Part shown: positions 37,395 to 52,579 of the stretch, piece after piece
Layout: each line of letters starts with the position of its first letter
Numbering within the stretch: position 1 is the first letter of the stretch
Source of the DNA: Hypanus sabinus
Taxonomy: Eukaryota
DNA length: 64,000 bases
Direction of reading: 5' to 3'
Assembly: GCF_030144855.1 (NCBI RefSeq)
Contig: NC_082731.1
Span: 24,056,001 to 24,120,000 of the forward strand
Position numbers and translations under genes: made by a program
Notes under the pieces: generated by a model
What the model was told of the DNA's origin: nothing
The model's database searches: none
Seen by the model: the letters and a program-made list of their open reading frames with translations, nothing else

Positions 37395-37860
37395 GTTGTG
37401 ATTCCTTTTATACGGGCAACTTGAGAGCATCTTGACTGTCTGCATCACTGTACAGTATGAGAACCGTACCCCTTTTAACCGCAGCACTTTGCAGAGAGTC
37501 GTGCAGACAGCCCAGCACATCTCTCCTTGAAAAATTCCCATGATGCAGGACATTTACATTGTCAGGTGTGACTGTGTAAAAACAGCCAGTGAGATAATTA
37601 TGGAGCCGAGTCACCCCAAGCACAATCTATTTCAGCTGTTACCATCGGGCAAATGGTACTGCAACGCAAAAGGCTGTAGCAGCAGTCACCGGGACATCAT
37701 CTCCCAGTAGAACTGCAGACTGTTAACTCACGCAGATTTCACTGCACTCTATATTACATCGACTATTTATTATAAAGTACTATGATTGCATATTGCACAA
37801 TTGGAATGAGACGTAACATAAAGATTGTTTTACTCAAGTATGATAGTTTCTGAGGCGTCA
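37395..37860 (+). mobile_element. Rex1/Babar LINE 3' end
   Basis: 'tttatacgggcaacttgagagcatcttgactgtctgcatcactg...ttgcagagagtcgtgcagacagcccagcacatc' resembles FYxxTIESILTxCITxW...LQRVVxTAQHI. Confidence 0.75.
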
Positions 37861-39583
37861 GCCCATGCTTTAATTTTATGAGCACTCTTGTGTGTGAACG
37901 GGTTCGACCACAGTAAGTGACGTTTCGTTTAATGCTTCACACATGGCGAGATGTACTCTGCGGCCATGATTTTCTGTTCATTTTAACCCCGTCTTTAGAT
38001 TTCTCAGATGCTCCCTTTCATCCTCACCTGTTACAAGAATGCAGCAAAGTAACAGAGAGTGTTTGCGAAACATTGCTGAAACTGCTCGAGTGCCTTTGCA
38101 GATGCTATTCCAGAAATTAGCCTATAATAGCGATAATGCCCTTGTATGTGTTTACATTGAGAAAGATGTTGGACTCTTCTTCCGATTCCACTTGTAGGTA
38201 GGTCTCAGATAATTCCTCTTTGATGAAGCGTTTCACACAAGAACATTTTGCAAGGATATCGTATATTCTGAGCAAAGTGATTGTTCTACCCTCAGAAATG
38301 GATTGATGATGACATTAAGGCACAACGGATCCTGACAGTTCTATCTTTCCTTGCGAGTAGCTGATGGACAACATCACGATTCACGGTTTCCACAGAAAAC
38401 TAGGAAAACGTTCCCTCAGCCGTCATGTGATCTGGTTCAGCGGGGTTGATGCAGGGTACGGAGATGCTATGTAAAACAAGAGTGTGACATTTTCAGTTCA
38501 CGCTATGATGCCATTGACATGCTAGAGATTTCCAACGCATTAGTGAACGCTGTTGTGCATGAACCATGACCTCCTTTCTTACTTCGTTTTTAGTTCGCAT
38601 TACTGCAGGGGACATAATAAGGAAATGGTGGAAGCATCTCCAATTAAGTTGTAGTTGTCTCAGCCAAAGTGTTATCCCCGTTTTTATTTGTATTGTTTTA
38701 TTTGCGTCTGTTGCCATATACAAGGCCGATATGACTGGGAGACTGCCATATTTTTTTCTTTACCAGTGTTATTCTCACATGGGTTATCTGATTTCCACAA
38801 CAGATTGAAAGTCGGCAGGCTTAATTTTCATAGTCATTTCAAAGACTGACTGCAGCAACCGAGACAGAGTCTAATTCAATTTTAATTAATTACGGATTAT
38901 TTCTGATTGAAACCTTACGGATTGTCTAATTCTCGATTACAGAAGGTAAATCTCAGATCAGCTCATTCCGCTGACAGTCTTATCTTTATCAGTCTTGCTT
39001 ATCAATGACAGGTTGAATGCTGCTCTTTTGAAAACGGCAACTTGACTCTTTTATATCTCTCTCTTTCCTGTGCAGTCTAGCTATTTTTGACTGGCCACAT
39101 ACCTTACCATTTTGCATTTTCTGCAAGTTTCACCTTTAAAATTGCGTCGGTGAGCCCCTATCAAAACGAATCAAAATGCCTTCGGCAGGCACATTTCTGC
39201 TAAGCATTTCCAATTATTTTCAAGCTCAGTTTAATTCCTGACCGCAACTGAAATGCGTGACTGCTGCGGATATCATTGATACAGTCGTGGTAACTGTTCT
39301 TTTAACCATGACAGGTGTTTCAGTTACCAAGAGGGTTTTTGAATGTTCTTTTGTAAATGTCCACGAACTACAAGAAATGTTCACCCTGTATTAAAAAAGA
39401 CCATCACCTAACTGTCAATGTTCTTGCATTTCTTTTTTTTTAATTCAAGCGCGTCGCTGAAATGGATTACACCTTCATTTGATACCGCTTAAGAAAGCAA
39501 AAGAAAAATGCTCCAACTTACTTTATACTTTGTCCGATTTTCAATTTTGACGCAAGTGCATCTATATTTCAGATATAGACAGA

Positions 39584-39734
39584 NNNNNNNNNNNNNNNNN
39601 NNNNNNNNNNNNNNNNNNNNNNNNNNNNNNNNNNNNNNNNNNNNNNNNNNNNNNNNNNNNNNNNNNNNNNNNNNNNNNNNNNNNNNNNNNNNNNNNNNNN
39701 NNNNNNNNNNNNNNNNNNNNNNNNNNNNNNNNNN
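39584..39734. other. Assembly gap (N run)
   Basis: Run of n. Confidence 1.
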
Positions 39735-40169
39735 ACCTGCAGCGTTATTTTCCTTTTCTTAGCTGGAATATTTCTGTGCCCATTTTGAATTTAAAAGTAA
39801 CTGCTGCATGTCAACAAGAAGGTAATTGCTTCGGGTTGGTTTTCAAAGTAACTCGTCGTCTTTCCTAGCAGCTCCATAACAATACAATGGAAAATCGCGA
39901 AGAGGATTGACGAGGAAATTAACACTACATTACGAGCATGAATATTACTGAGTATCAGGTCGACAAAAGCACGCTTGATAACTTGTTAGGAAAACGCCAA
40001 AGTCGAGAGATCAATATTAACTATATTAAGCAATGCCTCGTAAAAGTGCCCAATTAGCCCAATAGACATAATAATGAAATGCACAGTCGGAAAATGAAAG
40101 TCCAACGCTAAAACAAACGAAAAAATATATTGGAGATCACTTCGGGTCCAGGAATTGAGAGAAATATTT

Positions 40170-40522
40170 ACATTTATGTTGGCGATAAATGGAGATAACG
40201 TGAATATGCTTTTTCCATTGAGAGTCGGGGAGATTCAAACAAGAGGACATGAATTGAGAGTTAGGGGTCAAAAGTCTAAGGTAACACGAGGGGTAATTTC
40301 TTTACTCAGAGCGTGGTAGCTGTGTGGAACGAGCTTCCAGTAGAAGTGTTAGAGGGAGATTCGGTATTGTAATTTAAAGTAAAACTGGATAGGTATATGG
40401 ACAGGAAAAGATTGGACGGTCATGCGGTGAGTGCAGACAATGAGACTAGGTGACAGTAAACTTACGAAACGGACTATAAGGGCCGAGATGACCTGTTTCC
40501 ATGCTGTAATTTCTATATGGTT
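40170..40522 (+). mobile_element. CR1-type LINE 3' end
   Basis: TRGHxLRV..KF.GN.RG.FFTQ.VV.VWNELP motif plus 3' UTR, homologous to 18980-19330. Confidence 0.85.
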
Positions 40523-41519
40523 AGATATGTTGAATATACGACTCCACACATTTCGTTGAACAAGGCCGAATACCAAAAGACAATGATCGTAGTGATAAAC
40601 AGACAGACATAAAACAGATACTGGGCCATTATGTTTACTCCACCAGCGATTCCACGATGATAATTACTACAATCAAATAAAATAGTGGATATGACATCTT
40701 CCAAATGTGGAGTTGTCTTTGCGAACCTGAAGCTAATCAACTACCCACAAAAATATGGTTTGTTATTGCGTATGAGTAAATTTCTGAAAACTTAATTCCT
40801 ATTCATCTTCAATTGCAATGACGAAAATAGATGCAAAGCGATTCTGCTGGTGATCATTATGGAATGTTTATGAGAATTGCTTCTGCTGCAGTCACCTCTC
40901 AATGTTATTGTATATCCAATTAATACCACGTTACTTGTTGCTCATTTTCATGAAGAATAATAGTACGGCAATACCATAAGGAATGCAACCCATCACTGGC
41001 ATGTTGTATTTCTGATGGCGTTTCAGATTCGTTGACTTATCGAAAATTTCGACCTACAATATTCACCTCATAGCAACGTAATTTTGATGAGTTCCACATA
41101 GATAAATAATGTCCAATCGTGCTTTGTTGTTAGACAATGACGTCAGACGATTAGGAGGAGTTGTTGTGTGGATGGAGCATGCTTAAACATTGTGAGTAGA
41201 TCTGAACATATCTGCAAGGTGAAACGGAATTGAGCACTGTGGAAACCGCACAAACATATTCAAGGTCTGAAGGCATAAAAATACTTTGGGGCAAAGTAAC
41301 CACAATATCATCATATTTACTGTGAAATTTGAGAAAGAGGACTTGTGGTCAGATGTATCAAAATTAAACTGGAAATATTGCGTTACAGCTCTCTGAGAAA
41401 GGCTGTTGGCTAGAATTGATTGGAAAGGAGCTCTGGCAGGAAAACTGGCGTAACAGCACTGGCTGAAATTTAGGAACGTAATCTAGATTGCCCTGGTTAT
41501 ATAGCGATATATTGAATGT

Positions 41520-41850
41520 GTTTAATATGTTTCCTATGGTGGGAATACCTAGGACAAGAAGATACAGCCTAAGGATAGATGGGCCTCATTTTAGACGTGA
41601 GATGATGAAAGATTATTTGTTTTTTTTTAATGGCAGTGGTGAATCTGTTTAGTTCTTTGCCGCAGACTGTTGTGTAGGCCAAGTATTTATTTATATTTAA
41701 GTCAAAGGTGGACAGATTCTTGATTTGTCAGCGGGTGAATAGATGTGTGCAGAAGACAGGAGATTTGGGCTTAGACAAAAAGTGGTTCTGCCATGATGAA
41801 ATGGCGGAGTAGACCGATGGGTTATATGACCTAATTCCCTCCTATGTTCA
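41520..41850 (+). mobile_element. CR1-type LINE 3' end, older copy
   Basis: 'aggacaagaagatacagcctaaggatagatggg...tttagacgtgagatga...gtggtgaatctgtttagttctttgcc'. Confidence 0.65.
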
Positions 41851-44800
41851 AAGGAATTGTGGTAAAATAGTGTCAGAAGTACTTAAGCAATGAGAGTAAC
41901 ACAAAGCGCAACATGCATGTAATGAATGCGTCTTACAAATAAGAGATCTAACTTCTGTAGCAGACTCCATCTATACGTACTTTTGTTTTATTGTACGTTT
42001 CCTTTTATCTGGAGATATGATCAGTCTAAGTATATGGATACAGTTTCATTCTTTCTATTAAAACAATTAAAAAGTTATATGTAACTTTAATGGAACGTGA
42101 CTGAGAATCAACGACAGTTGTAAAGTTCAGAATTCCTTGGAGATTTGAATTATATTTTAGGCGATTAATGTCGGTAAAAATCATATGATAGTATTGTAAT
42201 AGGTGAGCCACACGTGTGGTGACAATTAATGACACAAGAATCCAGTAGAATGTGGCGAAGTATTTGACTCATATCAAATATTATATGATTGACTCGAAGA
42301 GAGTTCACAGCATGGTGGCTTCCTAACAATGCTGATGTAAAATCTTGTCTAATTAGTATATATGCGCCTCTTTTGCCAATGTTTGGTTCCGTTATTCATC
42401 CAGGGAATCATTACAATTGACTCTTTTATTGGTATTGATGACTGTCTTAACGTCAAATACGAGGCGGAATGCTGAACTAATTTAGAAGAAAAGACACAGA
42501 AAAATCTGCTAAAACTAAAGTGGTTTTAAATACAGTAACACCAATGGATGAACAAAATATATCCACTGACAATTGAAAGTGGATTTGTCACAGCTGAAAG
42601 GAACTGCTAACGTATTCAAAAGAAACCATAGATTAAGACTTCAGACTTGAGTCAGCATTTATCATCTTCTTGATTTTTTCCATCTGTATGGAGTACAGAT
42701 GTAGGTTTGACTTAAATTGAACAACATATTAGAGATTTTGAGCACAGTGCGCTCATCCCGCCGCCGTACATGACAGTGTGGGAGATCATGAGCTGGTGAA
42801 GTGATCATTGATTTCTCGTAGTTGGAAGAGAATCGGGCTAATATGCCGTTATTACGGTAAAGCACCACGTTCATATTCTGAAACCAGTAGATTGTACGAT
42901 ATATGGTCCGCTGCCTGCACTGGAAAACGTTTGGAAATGTATTGATTATTTGCATAACGCAGTTTAGGGCCATATCACTCTTCTGTTAAACATCGTTCTT
43001 TTTTTGGATATTCAACGCTCCAGCTTCTCAGTTTAATCAGTTGTCGTTTCTATTGATCAAATAGAAAACTGGAGAAGAGAGATTTGTCTTTTGACTACAA
43101 TTCAATTCGTAACTTCTGAGCTCTGAAGTTGAATCTGAGCAATGTGTTGGAGAGTCACGTGATACTGAGATGCAAAGTAAACATTATTATTCCAGAAGCG
43201 GATGTGTATCGATTATAGGTGGGCAAGAGTTTATGCTTTTCAAATCCTGGGCTATTTTGTTGTTTAAATACGTAATAAATAAATAAATGATAAATCCGGA
43301 AATGAGTCCTGAATGCAAATGACTAACAGAATAAGTAATAATCTGATATATCAGTTGTTAAAAGGACAAGCCAAATGAAAATTTGTGAGTAATTACTTAA
43401 GTACATACACACAGGCAAGAACAGAGAAAAAGTTGAAAAAATTACTCGATTACTGCAATAAGTAGACAAAATTGTACGCAGACAAATGGAAGGAAAATGG
43501 TCACGTGGATAGAGGTATAGTTAATTATAAACAAATAAATAAATTACCTTTCAAATTATTCAGCTGACACTACGCCTCCTGGTGCACAGTTTGAAAAAAA
43601 AAAATGGAACATCCGCTGACATGTGAGTCTGTTCATGAACAACCGGAGGAAAAGCTGAATGTGACAGGTACAGTCAGTTCCAGGTAGGCGTGATTCGTTT
43701 ACGTCCTTATGCAAAATATGATATCACTTGTTTTTGTGGTCCTGCTGTAAAATTTTCAAGATGCATTATAAGAAGATATCACGGAGACAAAGCGGACCGG
43801 ATGGTAAGCACAAACGATATCATAGAAATCATAAAAGTAAACTAAATCATAGAAGACCAACGTAAATGCAGATAATGCCGTCAGAAACATATACAATCTG
43901 GGATATTAAAGGATCTATAAGACTTTTAACGTAATCTGAATACCTACACACTCTTCATCAATTGTCAAACTTCATTCACCAAATTAATATTTATATTTCA
44001 TGCTCATTAAAGTAACCGGACCATAGTGTAAATTCAAGTCTAATCGAATTTATTTTATGATCCCTAACAATTATATCATGAATGATCTAACATTGCAGAT
44101 CCGATAACATAATGTAATGTAATATTATATAATATAATATATTACCCAATATAATAATGTAATATTCAAAAGATAGTCAGAGAGAACAGCAAAACTAATA
44201 CAACATTTCCAGATAAAAAGAACATGCAGTCATCAACAAGTGCAAAAGAAACAACAAAAATATGTTGATATAAAAGGATAATAATAGTCTCTAAATCTGG
44301 ATTCTTTTGAATATCTCGAGGACACTGTAAAAATACATTAAATAATTAGGCCAACATAAAGTTTTAAAAGTACGTCTTTACAAAGCTACACCGGTAAACA
44401 CCACTAAAACAGTTGACAAACATTTCAGATATTACTAGACTTGGCTTTTTCTTAGATTTTAAAATATTTAGCTTAAAGCATATAAAACTTCCGCAAATAA
44501 AATATGGTAAGATATTACTACGATAGTTACGATCTACCTAACAACAGTACTGAAGCACTTAAAGGAAAAGACTGTTGAATTCATATTAATGCTAAATATA
44601 TACGTGACTGCTCCCGGTGAAGAAAACTGAACTAAATTTCTTCAGGAACAAGGAAAAATCCTGAAACAGGAAATTGAAAATAATTCAACGCACAAATTAA
44701 TTTCTACAAACCCTTTGGAAAATGTCCTCTATATTGCTCAGGTTCTCATTACGGAGATCGTGGAATATTCAGCATTCTGCAGCATTGTCCGAATGCTGTT

Positions 44801-44929
44801 GCCCCACTATCGCAGGCGATATTGCAAGCAGCTGCAATGTTCACAAACATACAGCTGCATAAATTTGCAATATCTCCATAATTCCTAATGAAAACTTCAG
44901 GAAAAATAAACTTATGACAGTAGGGGATT

Positions 44930-46700
44930 TATCAGTCCCAAATCCTGATTGGGACTCCCATACTGTTAAACGTCCAGGTGGGTTGGAGTTTGTAAAACGT
45001 GTTCAGGTTTTTTTTTTTTCTAAATAAACATATGGAGGTACCGACTGGAGATGATGCAGTATTAGATATCATATTAGGAATATAGTTAGGACAGATGGTG
45101 GAAGTATGTACAGGGGCAAACATTGTTACCAGTGATCATAACACCTTTAGTTTCAACTTGATCACGGATAAAGGTAGATCTGGTCCTCGGATTAGGGCTA
45201 TAAACTGGAAAAAGTTGCCAAATTTGAAGAAATAGGAAAGGATCTAAAACGCGTGTATTGGGTCAGGCTGTCCGCTGGCAAGGATGTCGTTGGTACATAT
45301 GAGGTCTTCAGCGGCGTAATATTGAGAGTGCAGAGTTTGTAAGTTCCAGTCAGCATTAAAGGCAAAGTGAATAAGAATAAGTAACTTGGTTCTCTCGGGA
45401 TATTGGAACTTTGATAAAGAAGAATAGAGAGATGTATGACATGTATAGGAAGCGGGGAGAAAATAAGGTACTTGAGGTGTATAAATAATCCAAAAATAAT
45501 TAATAAAGAAATCAGAAGGGCAAAAATTACATTGCTTGGCAGCCAAGATGAAGGGTAATACAACGAGATTCTACAGGTACATTAAGAGCAAAAGGATAGT
45601 AAGTGATATAATTCCAATTCTTGAAGATCAGAGTGGTCGGCTTTATATGGAACAAAAATAATCGGGGAAGATCTTAAATGTTTTTTTTTATTGCGTCTAC
45701 ATAATAAGGCAAAAAGTAATGATGTCATGGAACCAATAGAGATTGAAAAGAAGAACGTGCTTGCTGTCTTAAGGCAAATCAGAATAGATAAATTCCCACT
45801 ACCTGATAGCTTATTCCCTCCGACATTGAAGGAGAATCGTATTTAAAATTGCAGGGGCCCTAGCAGATATATTTAAAATGTCAGTATCTACGGGGTGGTG
45901 TCGGAGGATGGGAGGAGAGCTCATGTTATTCCATTGTTGTAAAAAACGCTCTGAAAGTAATCCATGAAATGATAGGCCGGCGAATTTGATGTCTGCAGTA
46001 GGTAAATTATTGGAACGACAATGGGAGAAGTCGAGAGTGGTAGTAGAGTATTGCTCCCCTGCCTGGAAGCCTGTGACTTCTGGTGTGCTACAGGGATCCG
46101 TTCCTGGTACATTGTTCATTGCCATCGATATCGATGATATGTATGATAATGTGGTGAATTGGATAATCAAATTTGCTGATGAAGACAAAGTTTGGTGCTG
46201 TTGTCGACAGTGGGGACGGTTTTCAAAGGTGCAGACGTGTGCGGAGCAGCTGGAAAAATGGGCTGAACAATGGTAGGTAGATTTTAATACGCACAAGTGT
46301 GAGGTTTTGCACTTTGAAAGGTAAAACAAGGTAGAATATACAAGGAAAACGGTAGGGAACTGAAAAGTGCAGTAGAACAGAGGTATCTGGGAGTACCGGT
46401 AGAAAATTCCCTAAAAGTGACGACACAGGTCGATAGGGCATTAAAGACAACTTTTGGTACATTGGCCTTTATAAATCAAAGTATTGTGTATAACAGATGA
46501 AACGCTATAGTGACATTGTATCCGGCTTCGGTGAGGCCGAACTTGGAGTATTGTGTGCAGTTTTTGTCAGCGAAATACAGTAAGGATACTAATAAGGCTG
46601 AAAAAGTGCCCAGAAGGTTTAAAAGGAAGTTGCCGGGACTTGAGAAACTGAGTTACAGAGAAAGGTTGAATAAGTTAGGACTTCATTCCTCTATATGCCA
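44930..46700 (+). mobile_element. CR1-type LINE ORF2, decayed and internally deleted
   Basis: ORF 45986-46276 'VGKLLE...WKPVTSGVLQGSVPGTLFIAI.IDDM..NVVNWIIKFADEDKV' is a CR1 RT motif. 'VRPNLEYCVQF' is at about 46520. Confidence 0.9.
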
Positions 46701-48399
46701 GCGAAACTGCAGTAGGACTAGCAGAATAAGTTTTCTTTGTTGATCTTTTTTGGAGTATCTTCCCCGCCAGTTGACTGATCCCAGCTTTTCAGTATTTTAG
46801 AAACACCACGTAAAAACATTTTTTTTTTTTGCTATCCCTAGTGCCTTTCTCTGGTTAAAGTGAGCTCGGAACAAGTTGCTTCTCCTAACATGTGGATATG
46901 AAGCAGTGTCCCCTTTATGTGAATTTAGAGAGTTCTGAACTAAGTATTGCGTTGAGATATCTGATTTTTTACACATCCGGTTTAAAGTGCAGATCGAGAA
47001 ATATGTAAATGAAATGATAATTGCAACTTCTTTCCGCAGGATGTGATGTTGTGTCTTTCCAGTGGAAGTTTGCCGCTGCTTTATATTTATCAGCCACAAT
47101 TCGCTGAAGAAATGGAACAATTCCACGTGTTGCATTGGACATGTTTTGCATTGTGGAATACAAACGCTTGTAGTTATCACGTAGTGATTTGTTACCAGAA
47201 TCAAACCGGATCCACAGTAAAAGAATCTCAGAGATAATCCAATTCAATTTTATTGTGCCGAATATTGGATTTCCTGACGATTTGTAAATGTCCACAGTGA
47301 AGATAAGATTTCTCAACTGAGAGGGAACCGTTGGAACTATTGACACAGTGAGGTTCTCTGAAGCATGGACTTGGATATAACATTCCGGAGCAATTTATGT
47401 TACGGGCTCTCGCATGGCATCATATTTGGATTCCAAATATTTTACTCCTGAAGTTGAATGTTTCAGTGACAGCAATCTCATACTCTGTATCTGATGTGAA
47501 ATTAAATGTTGAGTCGTTGAAGGGAACATTTTCAAGCTGTAATGCTGAACGGAGAATTGCCGTGGAAGGTTGTGTGGAACCTACTGACGTGCAGTTTCTA
47601 TCTTTTCAAATGTCCTGTTATTTGTCCACGATATGAGACTTCCTGCCATGATTTTGCACTTTGACATTCTCAGGTATGTGTGTGTTTGTGTGTGTGTGTG
47701 ATTTTTTTTTTAATTCATTTTATTGTGGATCTATTTCTTTACGATATAATGCCGATTCTGTAACTCAGCTACAGTAATCGCTCACATGGTAAAAGGTGCA
47801 GCCCATTTGTTCAAGCTGCAATTACAATACTGATGAGAAAAACAAATAGAACTTTCCTGTGGAATGGAGTGTCTCAGGATACCTTTAGAAGGGTTGTGCG
47901 TCATCTTATCAACAACCGGAAAATGGTTGTAGATGGAGGTGAATACTATGTTACTGAATGATGACTTAGGGCAATAAGTACAAAGCTTGTTCGCTGCAAG
48001 ACTAGACACTTCAGTACAAACCTAAGGCAACGGCAAAATAAAATAGAAACTGGACAAACTTCACAAGAACAGATAGCATCTGAGCAATGTGACTGAGATA
48101 TAATAGTACACATCGTTTCTGTTTATCAAAGTAATTGTAACATGCAGAGTGGATTGAGCTGAGTTCAGTAGGGGCAAGAGAATTATGAACCATTTTTAAA
48201 CGGCCGTGGACGATAATGGGAGGATTCACTGATTTACTGAAATGGATGTCGTGTCAGCGTGCAAAGTGACAACACGTTCTCGTAAATTTTGTCTTTCCAC
48301 TCTGATAAATCAGAGATACTTTAGAGAGCTCGACATAAAGCTGAAAAAAACCACGGTCTCCAGAGTAATGATCTCTCATTTGCTACTTGTGCCACAACG

Positions 48400-51300
48400 T
48401 CGGCAAAGTCTGAAACAGCATGATTTGGCAGATAAAGGAGTGTCTGAGAAAATTTTGAGGGGATTAGGACTTCTGGTTCTTGGAACTTTGCAATCTACTC
48501 TGGGGGGAGATACGGAATACACATAATTGACGGGGATTACTTGAACCAAAGGGCTACATATTGTCTTGCGGGCAGGTTAGTTCCAACGGTTGGGGAAAGT
48601 TTAAACCAGGTTGGAAGAACGATTGAAACGGGAGAAAAGGAAATCATGAGAGTTCGGATGGTATGAAAAAAAGAAATAAATAATATCGTGCGCTCAGACT
48701 ATCAGAAACGGCAAGCAGATGATAAAACACAATTGTAGCTCGCACGGTGAAAACAACTGTAGTAGGGACGTACAGTTAAAAGGGGTTCTGAGTACATTAA
48801 TCAACGTTTTATATTTCAATTTATGAAGTAAAAGCACGAAAGTGCCTGAATTTGTAACGCTGTTTCAGATTGCCAGATTCGATGTTGTGGCCAGCACTGA
48901 ATCATTGTTGTATTGTAGTTGTATTTGTGAATGTTCACGGTTACATGTCGTGTCGGGCAGATAGGATGGTAGGCAAAGGGGCGGCGCGCGTCTGCTGGTA
49001 AACAATAGCAACAGATGTGTGCAAAGTATTTGTCATGGGGCGGAGGAAGTTAACTTCTTCTGTGTTGAGGTATTAGACAGCAAATGTAAAAGAAAAGTTG
49101 GCAATAATATGCAGGACCTCCAATAGCATCAACTGGAAACAGAATTGGCTTGTCAAAAGGACAGTGTTATTATAATCATAGGAATTTTCTTTAATCACGC
49201 ACGGGGAAAAATAGAGAGTAATGCATCTAAAAAGAGTGAGATTATTGAATGCCTAAGAGATAGCTTTTTAGAGTCGTTTTACTTTGACACATCTAGCGGA
49301 TCAGCAATGCAGGATTTTGTATTATGTAATGAACTAGAGGTGATTACGGACGATAAGGTAAGGAACTCTGAGGAAGCAGTGATCGCAACATCATTGAGTT
49401 CAAATTGACATTTGAAAGGGGTAAATTAAAATCGGAAATAGCAATGAGTCAGTGGACTGAAAGAGATTGCATGAAGTGAGAGAGGAGGCGGTCAGAGATG
49501 TAAGGGGTTGCTGGCAGGTCGACTACAGAACAGCAAAGGCCTGGAATGCTTGTAAAAAAAAAAGAGGAAGGTGCCGGATAGATGTTTTCAAAAGCGAGGA
49601 CGTGCAGACATATAAAATCAAAAGAGAGGTCACAGAGCAACACAAAAATAGCTTGTATATAGAAGGTAGGGAACGTTTTCAAACCCTGTAAAGAAAAAAT
49701 AAAATACTCATTAGTAGGGGAGAAATGAAATATGAATGCGACCGAACAAACAATATTAAATTTGGCAATATATTTATGAGGATTGTAAATTTATGAGGAT
49801 GAAGAGACTGGATTTTAGTCCACTAGATACTGCGGCAGGATAAATAATAGCGTGTTTCAAAGAGATGGCAGATCAAATAAAAGTGTGTTTTGCATCAGTT
49901 CTCACATGTGGATTGCATATGCAAATTGGTAGATGTTGATGGGTGCGTGATAAGAGAAGTGAATGCATTTACAAGAGAGAATGAGTTCAAATAGCTAAGT
50001 ATCCTAAGGGTACGTAAGTCACACATACAAGAAGAACTGCATTCTAGAGTTCTGAATATGGTAACAGTAGAAATTGTGAGCGCATTTATAAATTATATTT
50101 CAAAAATGATTGGACTCTGGCTTGTTACCGAAGGGCTGTAAAATTGCAAATGTCACCCCATTTTTAAGAATGGAAGAGAGTAGCAGAAGTAAATTATACA
50201 GGAGGTAGTTTGATCTCAGTGCTTGGTAAGAATTTGGATCAATTATTAAAGATGAGGCTATGTAGGCTTTGATGGCACAGGAGAAGATAACAAATTTAGC
50301 ATCCTTTTCATCAGGGAAAATCTTGGCAGAGGTACCTAAATAATTAACTGAGGAGATTAAAAGTAGGTTGGATATAGTAGGAAGGAAAGGATGTTGCATA
50401 TTTTCAATTTCAGATATGCTGTTGACATGGTAACACACATGAGGATGCTTATCAAGTTAAGAGTCCTTTGCATTACAGGGATTTTATTGGCATGGTTAGA
50501 GCATTGGCTCATTGGTCGGAGGCAGTGAGTGGGGGTAAAAGGAAACTCGTCGGACTGTTTTTTTTTTTACTGTGTATCAACGGTTTAGATGATGGAACAG
50601 CTGGCTTTGCTGAGTAATTTGCAGATGACTCGAATATTGCCGGAAGGACAGGTCGTTTTCAGGAAATATATAGGCAACAGAAGGATTTAGACAGATCAGC
50701 ATAATGGGTGAGGGAATGGCAAATGAAAAACTATGTTGGAAAGTGCGTGGCATTGCATTTTGGTAGTAGAAATAAACGTGCAGTCTATTTTCTAACGGGG
50801 GTAGAAAATCCAAATATTTGAGAAACAATGAGAATGTCATATTTATGCAAAACAGCTTAAATCTTAACTAGCATGATTTGTCAATGGTGAGGATGGCAAA
50901 TCGAATGCTAGCATTCACTTCAAAACGTCTGTCATACAAAAGCAGGATTGTGATTCTGAGGCTTTATAAGACATGGGTGAAGGCATCACCTTCGGTATTG
51001 CGAACAGTTTTTGGCTTATCATGTAAGGAAAGATGAGATAAGATCGGGCTGCGTCCAGAGGATGTTCCCAATGGTGTTTCAGGCATTAATAAAAAAGGTT
51101 TATCATTCAAGGAGATTTGAAGCCTCTGTGTCTGTACTCACTGGAATTGACTTGGATCAGTGTGATGTCATTAAGTAATTTCGAATGTTGAAATGCAGAA
51201 ATAGAGTAGATGTACACAACCTGTTTCCGGAGGTGGGGAGTACAAGACAAGAAGACACTGACTCATGATTGAGGGAAATCCATTAACATCAGCTGTACGG

Positions 51301-51550
51301 AGACATTTCTTTAGCTTGAGAGTGCTGAACTTGTGGAATTTCAATGTGCCAGGTAGCTTTCGAGGCTAAGATGTTGATTGTATTTCAGCCAGCGACTGAT
51401 ATTCTTCCAAGTAAGCTAATTATCAAAGGTTACGCGGGGGTAGCTAAGGAGTGGGGCTGACTTTAGGAAAACTAGATCAGTCATGACTGAGTAACGGAGC
51501 ACGCTCGATTGACCAAATAGTCTATTTCTGCTCATATGTTCATGGTTTTA
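48400..51550 (+). mobile_element. CR1-type LINE, long decayed copy (ORF1 end, endonuclease, RT, 3' UTR)
   Basis: SGNH-like ORF1 end at about 48420-48610. Endonuclease region at about 48800-49400, RT ('ttggactctgg...tggaaaattgcaaatgtcaccc', 'FADD') at about 50100-50650, and 3' UTR at about 51250-51550. Confidence 0.8.
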
Positions 51551-52579
51551 TCTTCCAGGAAATGTTTTTGACGCAACATTAATGCATGGATTTTATATGT
51601 CCACTGAAGGCAAATCTAAAGAATAAATTACAGAAGAAAAACCTGTTAATCTAATAGGAGTGTGCATCGTGATTGTTTCATCGTCTGTTTCGATTAATAA
51701 TTAGCAAGCGTGGACAGAGAAAATAAAAGCAGGATAATTTTTATGTATGTAGAGAAAGTAAAACACCTTGATCCTGCTTCATCCACTATTAGTCATTGCA
51801 AAGATAAACAGGTTTATGTTTCAAAATAAAAACAAGTTTCCAAGTGAAATAATTTTTTTGGAGATTTCAATAAGCAATATTACAAGCAAAATATGACTCC
51901 CATCTCGACGGGAAATGAATAAGGACGCAGAGAAAACCGCCGTTGTGGGAGGCCGGCATGCAGTTAAACCGATTCACGTCCAGAAGACATAGGCTGCTGC
52001 CGCTCGAGGAACACAGCTGCTTAGGGAGCCAAGGCCATGCTCGGTCATGGTTCAGCGATGAGCTGGAAATGCATAAGAATGAGAGTAGCCTCATACTATT
52101 AATGATACCGATGGATTGTGAAGTCAAACTTCCCTTGATCACGATTGACTGGCAAGATTCTTGAGGGCTTACAAGGGATGATGTCTTATGTCAGCTGCAA
52201 AACGAGCCTCGGTTACAAGGATCAGTTGCGGGAGCTTGATAGTACAGTACAAAACGAGCCTGCGACTGAGATTCATGCGAGGTATACTGGCTGAAATTTG
52301 ACAGTCCAGGAGACACGCTGAATGGCTATTGCTGGGGTACGTAAGAAAAGGCAAGCGTTGTTGACAATGATATATTGAATTCATACAGTTCCATGTCGTT
52401 CTTCAATGCGTTATGCAGACGAGACTTGAAGGAGTAGCACCATGTAATTGATTCGAGAGTCAGCATGAATATAAGATTTGCTAATTTATTTCATCCACAC
52501 CCGGCACCCAATTCCCGCGGAATGTATTTGATTATCCAATCTCCCACTTCTTTTGTTTTCCACGTCCATTCACAAGTTA

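Noticed and set aside
47290-47355. Two CACAGTG heptamers about 50 nt apart on the + strand
   Set aside because: Neither has a nonamer at a 12 or 23 spacer, and there is no V or D context.
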